Assembly: GCA_015680685.1 (NCBI GenBank)
Contig: MNCI01001559.1
Location: 260,807-324,806 of the forward strand
Direction: 5' to 3'
Origin: Gnetum montanum
Taxonomy: Eukaryota; Plantae; Gnetophyta
DNA: 64,000 nucleotides
Shown: positions 1 to 12,211 of the stretch, in pieces
How positions within the stretch are numbered: position 1 is the stretch's first letter
Layout of the letters: the number at the start of each line of letters is the position of its first letter
The notes under the pieces: generated by a model
What the model was told of the DNA's origin: nothing
The model's input: only the letters and a program-made list of their open reading frames with translations
The model's database searches: none
Translations under genes and position numbers: made by a program

Positions 1-238
1 AGACACGGGAAAAATTCTAACTCTGGAGGGATCAAACTGCCAGAGCTTCGCTACTCTAAAAATAGGATGTGAAATGAGGGAGAGCCGCCTCTTATTTATA
101 GAAATTACGGCTAACTGCGATATCGCGTACGCGATATCGCGGCCCATGATATATCACGACCCATGATATAACGTAGGTGCCTTATCGTGGGTGCCTTAAC
201 ACGACCGCTAGCAATATGAGCAATTTCATGTCTCATCA
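1..238 (-). mobile_element. U3 end of an LTR related to the Athila-like family, truncated by the window edge and inserted into a Tat-like gag
   Basis: Ends in AATTTCATGTCTCATCA (cf. AAATTCATGACTCATCA at 7258 and 13073). Has the same CCTCTTATTTATAGA TATA region and GCGATATCGC units as the other LTRs. Confidence 0.8.
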
Positions 239-460
239 CATGCAATACCAATCAAGGGCTTTTCTAGTCAAATACATGGAAAAGACACGCAACACAATGT
301 ATGGCCAAGCTTGTAGTAACAAGCATTCTAAGCAAAAGATGATAAGGTGCACATTAGGATCACTTTCATTATTAAACTTAGTGAAGTGGAGGATTGGTAT
401 CCTAGAGGAAAGGATTATCTAGGAAACATTGGGGCTAATTAGGTCATCTTCGTAAAAGTT
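239..460 (-). pseudogene. gag: Gag capsid N-terminal remnant (Tat-like)
   Basis: Manual translation IPILHFTKFNNESDPNVHLIIFCLECLLLQAWPYIVLRVFSMYLTRKALDWYCM fits the retrotransposon gag pattern DP..HL..F ... F...L...A..WY. Cut by the LTR ending at 238. Confidence 0.7.
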
Positions 461-1559
461 CATGACTTTGACTATTTATGTGGTGCTAGCTTTGAGTTTC
501 TTTAGTTTGTTGATGAAGCTTTGAATCAACTGAAAAGCCTAATCCATGCTCTAAGACACTCTTGTAGGTTGTGCAAGTTTCAAGGTTGGCTGTGTGGGTG
601 GTGGGATGGCTTGAGGTTGGAAGATGGACTATAGCATTAGGTGATAAGGCCTAGTTGCCATTACTACATGAGGGTTAAAGAGGGAGAATGATGTTTATGT
701 GGGGACTTGCAAGGTAAAGGATGAAACACGTATGCCAATAGTTGGTAGGACTTAAGGTTCCAAAGAGGGACCTGCTATAATAGCAAATGGAAGAGGCACA
801 GAATGTACACTGTGGGGTGGTCGCATGACACAAGGTTGGGTGGAGAATGGAAGAGGTGTGAATATGGAGGAGACTTGGGAAATCAGGTGTAAAGTCCACT
901 AGAAGAAGAAGATAGGTGTTACTTGCATGTTATAAGGGGTTAATCATGAAGTTAGGCACATATCCTTGTATGTTTTCTTTCCCCTAAGCCTCTTCCTCAT
1001 AGTATCCTCTAAATTCCTCTTGATCATCCTATTCATGTTCTAGGCTAGAATCTTCACTCGTTGCCACTTCATTATTGTCATCTACTAGGCTAGCCAACAT
1101 GTGGATATAAGCTTCAAAAAGCTCTATCTTATCATATGGGGAGGGAACATATTCCTTCCCACTCTTATGAATGATCTCAAATTCATGGTTAGAGTCTAAC
1201 TCTTTGCGTGGGATGCAGAGCCCAACTTGGATCTTCACACAAATGAAACTATAATAATCTTGAGTGACTGTGGCATGCACTAGATCACATCCTAGGTGTC
1301 TAAGAAATTGCTTGCGTTCCATCATGGGGGGATCTTTAGGATCGTAAATATGGGTGACCTCCTAATTAGCACTCATATTGATAATATGGTGTGGAAGGAC
1401 ACTGAAGGTAAAAGGCATAAGATATAATGGATCAATTGATTGCCCAAGGTGGTGAGGGTTCTTTAGGATTTTAACATTCTACACGATGGATTTTTAGAAA
1501 GCTTGACACACTTTGAAAATTTGGTGGAGAATAACATTGATTATAGGATTGATTATAGG

Positions 1560-2170
1560 ATTGCACAATGGTTTTCTTAGCTTACACAATGGATTTTTCA
1601 GCCCACATGATGGGTTTTCTATCCACATGATGAGCCTCTAGTCCATGCGATGAGTTTTTAGCCCACATGATGGACTTTCCATTCACATGATGGGCTTTCA
1701 AGAAAACCCAAGGTAGATGCCAAAGTTACAAATGAAGGTGAATGGAGGCCCACACAATGGATTTTCCATTCACACGATGGGTTTTTAGCCCACACGATGG
1801 ATTTTCAACCCATATGATGAGCTTTCGAGAAGATCCAAAATGGACTTCAACGTTACAAATGAAGTGACCACAAGGCCACATGATGGATTTTCCATCCATA
1901 TGATGGGTTTTCAGCCCACATGATGGATTTTTAGCCCACACAATGGGTTTTTGGCTCACATGATGGGCTTTCAAGAAAATCCAAAATCGACTTCAACATT
2001 GCAAATGAAGGTGAACACCAAGGCCACATGATGGGTCTTTCTATCCACACAATGGGCTTTTAAGAAAATCCAAGGTGGATGCCAAAGTTACAAATGAAGG
2101 TGAATGGAGGACCACATGATGGATTTTTTGTCCTCATAATAGGATTTTCTGTCCACACGATGGGCTTTTG
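1560..2170. repeat. Array of short units with core CCCACA(C/T)GATGG, nested in longer ~125-bp duplications
   Basis: Many copies of gcccacatgatggg(ttt) and three copies of aagttacaaatgaaggtga-like blocks. Confidence 0.9.
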
Positions 2171-2959
2171 GGAAAACTGAAAACAAGTTCCATTGGACAA
2201 GGAAAGTTTGTAGGTCAAAGAATAACATCAATAGAGGACATTCACAATGGATTTTAGTGAAGAAGTTGGGTGGAGGCTCTCCTTTTAGCACCAAAAATTG
2301 TAATGGTAGAAAATTTTGATGCTAGAAAACTAAAAGATTTAATATGAAATAGTTCAACTCATGAAGCGTGGGCCTCAAAAAGTATCCAGAGTGCCCTAGG
2401 CGGTCTTGTCGATCACCCAGGAACTTGTAAAGTCTATTACCAAATTCGTTTAAATGCAAGTAAAAAAACCCATGATAAAAGTTTATAAAACAAGATTACA
2501 ACATTGAATACAAGGATAAATGAAACAAGAGAATAATAGGCCAAACAAGAATAGTAATATCTTATTTTAAACAATAAATGTTAACAACTATGAAAATGAG
2601 GGGTTTGAGAGTACAAATCAATGCTTAAAAGCTTGAGAAAATCAATATATCTATTGAGATCTAATGTAGTTGGTAGAGTGTATCTTGCATAGCACTTGTG
2701 CTTTTCTCCCAACTTGACTTGCAACTCTCCTAATCAGCAATGTATGGTGTTGCCAATATGTTGCTAAAATCCACTACCAAAGCTCTATCAAGTGATTGCT
2801 ATGAAAACTGCCCTCCCAAAAGTCCTAAATGTGATTTCGAATCTAGCATTTCTTGATTTTAGAATTGTAATGCTCACATCTATTACAATTTTGAGCACTA
2901 CAAATGGCTTCTTGGTGAAAGTGCAACGTGCCAACTAAAGGCCTAGGTCTCACATGCTA

Positions 2960-3450
2960 GGCTCACACACTAGCCATCATGTGGGATTACACTGCTCATC
3001 ATGTGGAGTCATCCAAGTCCCACATGCTAACCTCACACGTTGCCCATCATGTGGAGCTGCATCACCCATCATGTGAAGCTACCTAGGTCTCACACATTGG
3101 CCATCATATGGAGCTGCATAATCCATTGTGTGGAGTTACCCTGGTCCCACACATTGCCCATCGTGTGAAGTTGCATCACCCATCATGTGAAGCTACCTAG
3201 GTCTCACACATTGGCCATCATGTTGAGCTGCATAACCCATTGTGTGGAGTTACCCAGGTCCCACACATTGCCCATCGTGTGAAGTTGCATCACCCATCAT
3301 GTGGAGCTGCCTAGGTCCCACATGCTACCCATCGTGTGGAGCTGCCTAGGTCCCACATGCTGCCCATCATGTGTAGCAACATCATCCATCATGTGGAACT
3401 ACCTAAGTCCCACACACTAACCTCATACACAACCCATCATGTGGGGTTGA
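2960..3450. repeat. Array with core CCCATC(G/A)TGTGG, the reverse complement of the 1560-2170 core
   Basis: Repeated cccatcatgtggagctgc / cctaggtcccacatgc units. Confidence 0.9.
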
Positions 3451-4079
3451 GATGCCCATCATATGAGGTAAAAATGTTAAATTTTCATAGCCTATGTAGC
3501 CTCTTTAGCCTCCACAAGCTAGCATCCAAAAAATTTGGAGCTTGTAGAGCATTATTTATCCTTAGACAAGCTAGAGTACATGACATTTATGGCCTATGAG
3601 GTATTTTTGACCTTCATAAGCTAAGATGCATGGGATTTATAGCTTGTGGGCTACAAATCTCATTTTTACATTGAGAAATCCCTTGGAACTATTAGTACAA
3701 GGCCACAATATAGAATCTTTGGGAAAATAAGGCAATTGTATCTACCTTTATTTTCACCAAATTACAATGAAAATTTGAGCTACGGGCCTTACATCGCAAC
3801 ATGAACTTTTCCTTGAGGTGTTTCAATGAACATAAAAAATTCTACAAGAATGAGCTAAATTCAGTTGTCACAAAGACCAAGAGTAGGCCCAATCCACATA
3901 AGACTAAGGATAATAGCTTATAGTAAGCTAATCAATGAGGATTGTAAGTGTGCTACCAACCTACGATGCAAAGCAACTGTAATCTGAAAAAAAGATGCAC
4001 TGCTAAAAAAGAACACCATTGAAACATACAAAATTCTTATAATCTTAGTACAACCAAATCTAGAATAACAAGCCCAAAA

Positions 4080-4700
4080 TTGATGTTACAAACTACTAGA
4101 TTCAAAAACAATACTTCTAACAAACTATCTGTGATAGTTTATGACTAGTATTAAGTTACAGAATCAAGTCAATGTAATTCTATTCTTTGTAAAAGGGTTC
4201 ATAACCAATCAAGGTACTAAGACTTAAGATCCTCATACCTATAAAAAGTTACTAAGAGCAATTATCTTAAGGAAGATAGTTACAATTTTACATGTTGATC
4301 ATCCTTTATTTGATATATTCTGTACTAAAATCATTTCTATCTTGAGCATTGTACATCATTCATTATATTGTAACTCTTAGATGCAATCTAATCTACGAGA
4401 GATCCTTGTATGCATCAATCCTATTCTTGTTTCACCCTTGATTAATTTGAAGATTTTAGCTTGAAAATGCCGATTGTAACAAAGAGAGACTGCAAACCCT
4501 TAAAACCAACATTGTACTTCAAGAAGTTAAGGAGGTGATGGGAATCCAAAGGAAGTGGAGACTGAATAATCCCTACGTAATAAAGGGAGGCTCAAGCCAA
4601 ATCACTAAAAATTTGTGTTCTATGTTTATATATATATATTTCTTATTATGTTTAGATTATATTTTTATTAAATTTGATTTATTGTGGTTAAATCCTAGAT
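4080..4700 (+). mobile_element. Possible old copia-type LTR remnant
   Basis: CCTATAAAAAG TATA near 4238 and a ccaaatcactaaaaatttgtgttc U5-like tract. No termini or TSD confirmed. Confidence 0.25.
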
Positions 4701-5889
4701 TTTGATCCATACTTTGTCCAAGAAAAGATCCTAGAATGACTCAAAGCAATGATGATGATGTAAGCATTGATCAATTCATAGAAAGGTAAAAGCACCTTCA
4801 ACAAGACTAGTACACTATCATTAAATCCTTATTTTTGGCCTTTCTAATGCAAATTCATTCTCTTTACAAAACATTTTAACAACAAAAAGGATATGATTCA
4901 ATACTAACATACTAAACAAGAGCCCTCATTTTCATTTCAATTCAACTTTTACCATCTTCAAATTTATGGACATTAGAGATTTTTAGAGATTATTTCAAAT
5001 TTTACCAATTTATTTGTGGAAACTGGAATCCTTATTTTGTCTAAGATCTTATGAATCTATAGGATAACTGAACCATATATACATGAAAATACATAGACTA
5101 GAATTCAAAACCTTCTCAATGATGAGGTATTAGCCTAGTAGTAAGACTTTTAAGTTGAAAGCTTCAAGTCATAAAATCAATGGTAATAGACAATGTTGAA
5201 TTATAAAATTCTAATTCAACTATAATTCAAAACCTTCCTTTAAACTTCAAAAAGTTACAAGTTTGTTAAAACCTTCCTTCAAAAAGTTACAAGTTTAAAA
5301 CAAATTAAGATCACACAAATTAATATTTGACATTGTAAATACATGAGTATTCATCTTCAATAATATTTGGGTTACAATGGCAACAAGTTTGTAACTTTAA
5401 TGAGTTGCATCTTTGCTTAGCATCGTAATAGTTTCCCTATGTGATCCCAAAGAATATTAGTCTACACACAATGTTCATTACCTACCCAAGACCTTTCCCA
5501 TCTGATATTTTGCCACTAATAACACAAGTACCTCTTTTTGTCAACCCCTTGGATCTTAAGGTAGGTTCCAAGTAATTCCAAGATTTATATAACCACATAA
5601 AAAGGTAAAATACAATCTTTAAACTTATTGTTGTCATACTCTCCCCAAATCAGAATGTCCTTGGCAATAATAAGAGTTGATGCAATGTCATTACTTCAAC
5701 TTTGAGTTAAAAATAATGACACTTGAGTAATGTTGAGTTAAAAATCTTTCAATTCTTCAACTTTAAAGTCAAAAAGCAAAAATAGAATGCTTAGGACCCA
5801 AAATCATAAGGTCATTCCAAAGTCATCAAAATGTTATAACTTGACGAATGGCGGTGATGATAATGCCACCAAATCAACAAATCATTTTC

Positions 5890-6407
5890 ATCAATGCAAG
5901 CTCCACACCTAGTACATAATCTTCTTAAATGTATGATAGTAATGAATACCAATATTACACTAAGCTACCACAATAGTGCATAGATGCCACAATAGCACAT
6001 CTTGTATCATCTAAAAGGTAATAGCTTGGGCATCCCTCTAACATGTGCATGCTCTAGACCTAATACATGATCTCTTTAAATTTCTAATACCAATGATGGC
6101 AATATTATGCTAAGCTACCACTACATGTTTCAAAGGCAACAACTTGGGCATCCTTATAACATGTGCATGTCCAATTTATCAATGCAAGCCATAAACCTAA
6201 CACATTAATCTCCTTAAATGTCTAATAGCAATGATAGCAATACTATGCTAGGTTACCACAATGGCACGTCATGTCTAAAAAGCAATAGCATAGACATCCC
6301 CATAACAATTGCATGTCTAATTCACCAATGCAAGCTCCAAACCTAAGACATAATCTCCTTAAATGTCTAATAGCAATGATAACATTATTAGGATAAGCTA
6401 CCACAAT
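5890..6407. repeat. ~145-bp tandem repeat, left part; interrupted by the LTR element at 6408
   Basis: Recurring caatgcaagct..cctaa..cataatctccttaaatgtctaatagcaatgat..taagctaccacaat; resumes in register at 13074. Confidence 0.85.
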
Positions 6408-7258
6408 TGATGAGTGGCGAGGTACCCCTACACTCAACCATACGAATACAAGCGTTTCATGCACGATCTGGTCGAACTCCACAGATAGACTAGTTATGGT
6501 ATCTAGATAGTTACTCGTAGATCGCAGTTCGTTGTCTTCCCACCTGGACTAGTATTAGCTTTGTCATGTATGGTTTAGTCCAAAGTGAGGTGTATGATGT
6601 GTTCCTACACTAATGCTACTCCTAGGGATGATGGGAAATAATATCAACTAAACTAGGAGAGAGTGTGTAAGAGAGGATCTAAACTAGCCTAAGTGCGATG
6701 AGCATCCTTTTCTTAATCATCCGTACACATCTTGGACCTCGTGCACGACTACCACTGGGATTACCAAGCGCATGGCCTAGGTATGCTACTGGGTTACCAA
6801 GTAGTCACACTTAAATGCTCGTGATTAAGTCATACTCATTCCACGTTACTAGAAGATAAGGGTATAGAGATATTAACTAAGAAGCAATAAATAACAATAA
6901 CAACTAAATAATTAAGCTAAGTAGATGCTGCAATGATGAAGTAATCTTGATCTTTATTGCTAGTCATGTGCGTGTCCAAGTACGTCACACTCGAATAAGG
7001 ATGTCGTACAATTACAATCACCGCACTGTGGGCATACACTGGGAGAAAAGGGTTGAGAGGAAAAATTGACAAAACTTAAAGTTTTAAAAACTTAAAAACT
7101 TAAAAAAACTCAAAACTGCCTACCAAATCTGCCTACCTCTTATTTATAGATGAGGAGATAGGCGACAATATCATGTACACGATATCGTGTCTAGGCTGTG
7201 ATATCACGTACGTGATATCATGGGTACGATATCGTAGCCAAAAATTCATGACTCATCA
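6408..7258 (-). repeat. 3' LTR of element 1
   Basis: Direct repeat of 12212-13073; preceded on the minus strand by GAGTCATGGGGGTA (PPT). Confidence 0.95.
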
Positions 7259-7450
7259 TACCCCCATGACTCAATGAAAACTCTTCCTCAAGTTAAAGTC
7301 AGAACAAGCTCTATTGATTACACAGTGAATAGGTATGGGATTATTGACTGACAAGAATGGATTCATGCCGCAGTGTGGAATTAGAACAAAATTGAGACAT
7401 GACATGGAGAATGCAAAATAAAATCCTATAGCTACAAAATTGGGTGAAAC

Positions 7451-8218
7451 TCATGTAGTTCCTGGTGGTGGTGGCTCCTCCATGGGTGTCTTTCCCTTGT
7501 CTTGTGCTCCAAGTCTTGAGATTTGATGGCGTTGAAGTATGGCCTGGAGTTTCTCCTCTTGTAAGGCCTTGAGTGTCTTGGCGTGTGTATAAGTTTGCGC
7601 TTGTGCCATAGAGGCATCCCAGTCAGCCTTCTCTTTTTCTTCCGCCACCCTTTGTTTCTCTGTCAATAGTTTATTAAGTTGATCGATTCTAAAAGTGTCC
7701 AGCTAGTTCTGAGCAACCTTTGGCCCTATATTCAAAAGGTTTAATACTTCCGAAATGGCTTGAACAGATAAATCAACAGTCATACCACAAATGTTAACCG
7801 TGGTGCCTTCTTCTTTGTTGTGCCAAAATTGATACGTTTCTCCTAAGTACCAGGCACCACTTTCAGATAGAGTAGGCCACAATGGGGACCCTTTGAGGTG
7901 ATCCCTAATGACCTCCGAAGCAAATTCTGTGAAAGGTCCAAAGTTTAATTCTACAATCACTGCAATTAATATGGACCTTTAATGGATGGCCTAAACACAA
8001 TCCTAGGGCAATGTGAGATGTCGTCCTTGTTCAAACACTACAGCAGCTCCTCCTTCCGCCTACCTTGATTATACAGTGGCAGGGTCTTCTCAGTGGATAC
8101 TAAATAATTGTTCCTCCTACTCTGCATGTTGTTTGGCAGGAACTTGTCCTTCACCTCTCCTAGATCGCTTGATTACACCTTGAGCAGGACCTTCCTGTTG
8201 TCCGTGTTTCGAGACCAT
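7451..8218 (-). pseudogene. Internally deleted env-like/accessory ORF (~255 codons, nonsense-mutated)
   Basis: Colinear with 26195-28970 apart from two deletions. ATG at 8218 follows TACTAAC...TTGCAG. Most stops are CAG/CAA/CGA to TAG/TAA/TGA. Confidence 0.85.
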
Positions 8219-10139
8219 CTGCAATCACACGGAGCCAATCGTTAGTAAGGTTATTACCAAAGTTAGGTTATACTTTACTGCTTGCCTTAATGAATTTGCT
8301 TTATCTCCCTATGACATTACTTATTAGGAGAAAATGTCCTCGAAAGATTATAATATTGAATCCTCTTTGCTTAGGTGGTTTCCAAATCTAGTTTCCCGGT
8401 ATAACTAAGGAGATGAAATTGTTTGTGGTGCATTTATCCTTAATTTTATAATTAATTACCCTTAATAATGTCCTTCAGGCAATGACAAATTTCAAAAAAT
8501 TTATGCGTTATTCAACATGTGCCCCTCCCCCATGATTAAGCTGAACACTCCAGGTTCAAGTAAGTTCAAACGGAATGAAAATCGAAGGACCAACGAGCGA
8601 GTTATGGATATGAAAGCAAGGGACACATAATCGCGAGTCGTAGAAAAAAATTTAAAAGACTTCTCCCACGTGAACAGTTGCAAATGATGTTAAGTAGCGC
8701 AAGGGGGTCTCATATATATATATTTTTGGGACGCGATATCGCATCCGTGATATCACAGCCTATCGATGTCAGGGCACTTATGGAATATACCGAATTTTTA
8801 ATATTTTTCTAAAATTAAACGATGTAAACTAAGGACATTTGGATGAGTGTTAAAGGGTTCTAGGGTAATTCAACTAGTTTCGAAGGCACAAAAATTATGA
8901 TGGTGTGAAATTATCAATAAGGACCTCTAGTGGTAAGGGAGAGAAAAAGGCCATGTGATGGTTCATAGGAACGTTTGAATTGAAGGGATAGTAATAAGGG
9001 AAAGAACATCGTTGAAAATACGTTGAGGGTAATAGATGGTGTGTGGAAGATGTGTTATGAGTGCAAATTACAAAAAGTTACGCAAGTGGGTCCTCACCAA
9101 AGCAGGTTCCAACCTATAATGCCCTTGCGTAATCATACCTTAAAATGTCCGTAGGCACTAGAAGGATTAAATGTAATCCACACTAATTTCACAAAACACA
9201 CATATGTAAGTATCACCAGAATGAGGTACGAATTCTACACTATATAAGACACGAGCTACAATTACGTGAATAACGAGATGAGATGGACTATAGAAGGGAT
9301 TGTAGAGATTGGGACATGAGGTAACTGACTTAGTGCACAATGAATCCTATGTGTAAAGCTTGATTAATGTGTCATTAACCCATCGTTCCAAGATCAGGAC
9401 CAAATCCATTCCTCTAATCAGTGACACCGCATTGTTTTATCCCATGATCAGCAACTATGAGAGTACCACAACAACAAGGCATACGATCACTTGGCATTTT
9501 GTTCAAGAGAGGAGTGATTTTTTTGCTTTGTGGCACTTTCTTCGTTTTTTGTTTTGTGTTTTTTTTTTTTATTGCTAGATCCAAAAAAGCCACCAACCTT
9601 TAGGCATGGGTGCATGTCTTTTCAATGGAACCCCCTAAAACAACATTGGATTTTTGAGTGCCTTTTGATTACTCTTATTCCCATTTTGCATTAGATCTAC
9701 AAGGATCTTAGTACAACCATGTTGCGTGATAACTCTCATAGACGTCATCAAAAAGAATCTGCAAGTCCCCTTGATGTCACACCATAATCATTCCCTCTTG
9801 ATCCATCCTTCTTCATTCTGGGTACAATGAACACAAATTTAATTTTAAGTTTCAAAAATGTCGAGAATATCACTGTACCCTCGAACAGAACCTCTTATTT
9901 GTAGAATGGATGAGTCAGTGTAATGGGCTCACTGTCCAAATAATTGATCACTCGAGACTCAATAACATGGAACACACCTCAACCAACGAGCCACATGAGT
10001 GTTTTATTCGTAGATGAGATTACTTATAAAAAGATAAAAAGACAAAAAAATAAAACAAGAAATTGAAAAATGAAAAATTGGAAAACAAAAAATTGTAAAA
10101 TTAAATAAAATAAAAAATATTTATTAATCCTACTTATTA

Positions 10140-12116
10140 TTAGAATGGGCGATATCCCTCATAACTAAACGGTTGAGCATGACGAGGATTAATAAATGAA
10201 AGATGAGGATCCTTGCATGTTGAAAATATTGAAACTTGGTCATACTTACCCCATTGGGGTTCACACACCTGATTATAGTAAACATAGTGGGGCAATTTGT
10301 AAGATGTGATTCCCAGGTAAAGAGTTGACCCACTATGATATTTGAGACCGTAAGATGGCATGCAAGGATCGGGATGTTGCCCTCCATGGCTGTATTCACT
10401 GGGCCATATGGTTGTTGGAGTGTTAATTGGTGGCCCTAATGAAGTAACATGAGGCGTCAGGTTCGAGGAGAAGGATGCACCACAATGTTGGACTTGTGCT
10501 AAGTTGGATAATGCAGTGGCCTTGGAACTATGTTGTCCCTTCCTACAGTCATGTCTAAAGAAGGGACGCCTTTGATGTTGAGGAGGCCTCTCACTGCTGT
10601 TGGCAATAGTAGCACAAGTAACGTTCATGGGTTGTTGTTGTGGTGTAGACACTTTAGAAACAGTTGGTGGCGATGTAGGAGGAAAAGGATGAGAATGTTG
10701 AAATTTAGAAGAAGTGTAAGGTACACAAGGCAGTGGTTGTGTTGAGGACATGGGCTGATAGTATTGAAGAGAATAATAATGCGACAAGATAGAGTATGTT
10801 GACCCAGTTGAAGAAACAGGATGTTGGACTAGATAAGCATTTGGATTCGAATGATACGAAGGGTGTCTCCAGTTTAGGGATGGCTTCCCCCACGACTGAG
10901 ATTGTTGCCACAGTGATTAAACACAATATCTCTGTACGAACTCTAGGTACGTGCTTGCCCAATGCTCATATAAATGTAACAAGATTGGGCATTGGCCCTT
11001 AGGGTAATCATACAGGCAAATGTTGCATTTATACGTATGATTGGCAGTTGAGCTCTTATTTTCCTCATCCCTTCTTTCCGATTGTCTAATGATATTTTGT
11101 CCTGCTTTTCAAGTTGTCAAAACTCTATCTCCAATGATATTGATATATTCCCCACACTTTTTATGCATCCATTTCAGCATCTTATTGATCTTTGCCTTGA
11201 TTTCTTCTAATGATTGTTGTACTAGCAAATATGGTTCTTTCTCGTTAAAATAAGTTGATTTCTCCTTTTTATGATTATGGACCTCTATTAAGTTGAGATT
11301 TTGGTCCCGTTGATATTTTTCAACACTCTCCCATCTAGTCATTTCTCCTTCTTTTGCTACCTACTTAATAAGCTCTTAGAATTGATGGGTTCGTAGTTCG
11401 TATAGTTGACCTTGGGCATACATCCCTAGGATCTTTCTTGTTTCATCACAAAGCCCATCAATGATATGGTACATTAGCCTTTCCTCGGAGAACTCATGGC
11501 CTGGATAGTTGTTTAATAGTGCATAATATCTTTCTAAGGCCATGTCCAAGGGTTCATGTTGTGCTTGTTTCCACTCTTGGATTTGTTTCCTCAAGGCCAA
11601 CACTCTTGCATAGGTTTGATATCTTTCCTTAAAGAGTTCTACCATTGTTGGCCAATGTCCTATTGAATTTGGTTTTAACGATCTATACCATACTTTTGCT
11701 TGGCCAACGAGTGTCATAAGAAAGAGCTTGAGTTTTTGCCAACCATTATCAATGTTGTTCCATGCACAGGCATCGTAGAAGACTTGTAAATGTTGTGGTA
11801 GATCTAAGTCATAGCCTCCTGAGAAATTGAGAAAGTTGTTTAAATCGAATCTGGGTAGGCAGCTCTCTTTACAATGCCTACAGGAGATTCGAACAACCTC
11901 TTGTATTTGCGTTAAGCTTATAATGGCCAGTAGGGGTTCATTGTCATCGAGTAAGTTATGCTTTCGTGCATTGAGACGATGCTATCTTTGTTTATGTTTA
12001 TAAGAAACCCCCACCTCGAATTGCGTACTCCAATCTTCATTGTCATATAATTCGTTAGTTCTCCAATGAATTGCCTCACTAGATGTGACATTATCATAGT
12101 CTTGTAGAAGAGACAT
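10140..12116 (-). pseudogene. gag: gag with degenerate CX2CX3HX4C knuckle and a low-complexity C-terminal tail
   Basis: LFLMTLVGQAKVWYRSLKPNSIGHWPTMVELFKERY (Retrotrans_gag pattern); CNICLYDYPKGQC near 11030-10990; continues into ORF 10787-10140. Confidence 0.9.
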
Positions 12117-12192
12117 GGTTGTGCAATTGTATGTGAATTTGTATGTGACTTTTTATAATTATTTCTTCCTAAAAGATATATCATTATTTTCT

Positions 12193-12210
12193 ATACTGGC
12201 AACAACACCA
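12193..12210 (-). promoter_or_regulatory. Primer binding site (tRNA-Asp type) of element 1
   Basis: TGGTGTTGTTGCCAG, 1 nt after the LTR; a deaminated form of the Athila PBS TGGCGCCGTTGCCGG. Confidence 0.8.
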
Positions 12211-12211
12211 A

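Larger units (their letters stand above)
239..3897 (-). mobile_element. Degenerate Ty3 Tat/Retand-like retrotransposon 5' part (LTR, PBS, leader, gag start); right boundary uncertain
   Basis: Minus strand reads ...ATTACA-ATTTT-TGGTGCTAAAAGGAGAG (2299, 2293-2277), close to the Tat-type PBS TGGCGCTAGAAGGAGGG. Gag motif at 239-460; motif arrays on both sides of the PBS. Confidence 0.6.
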
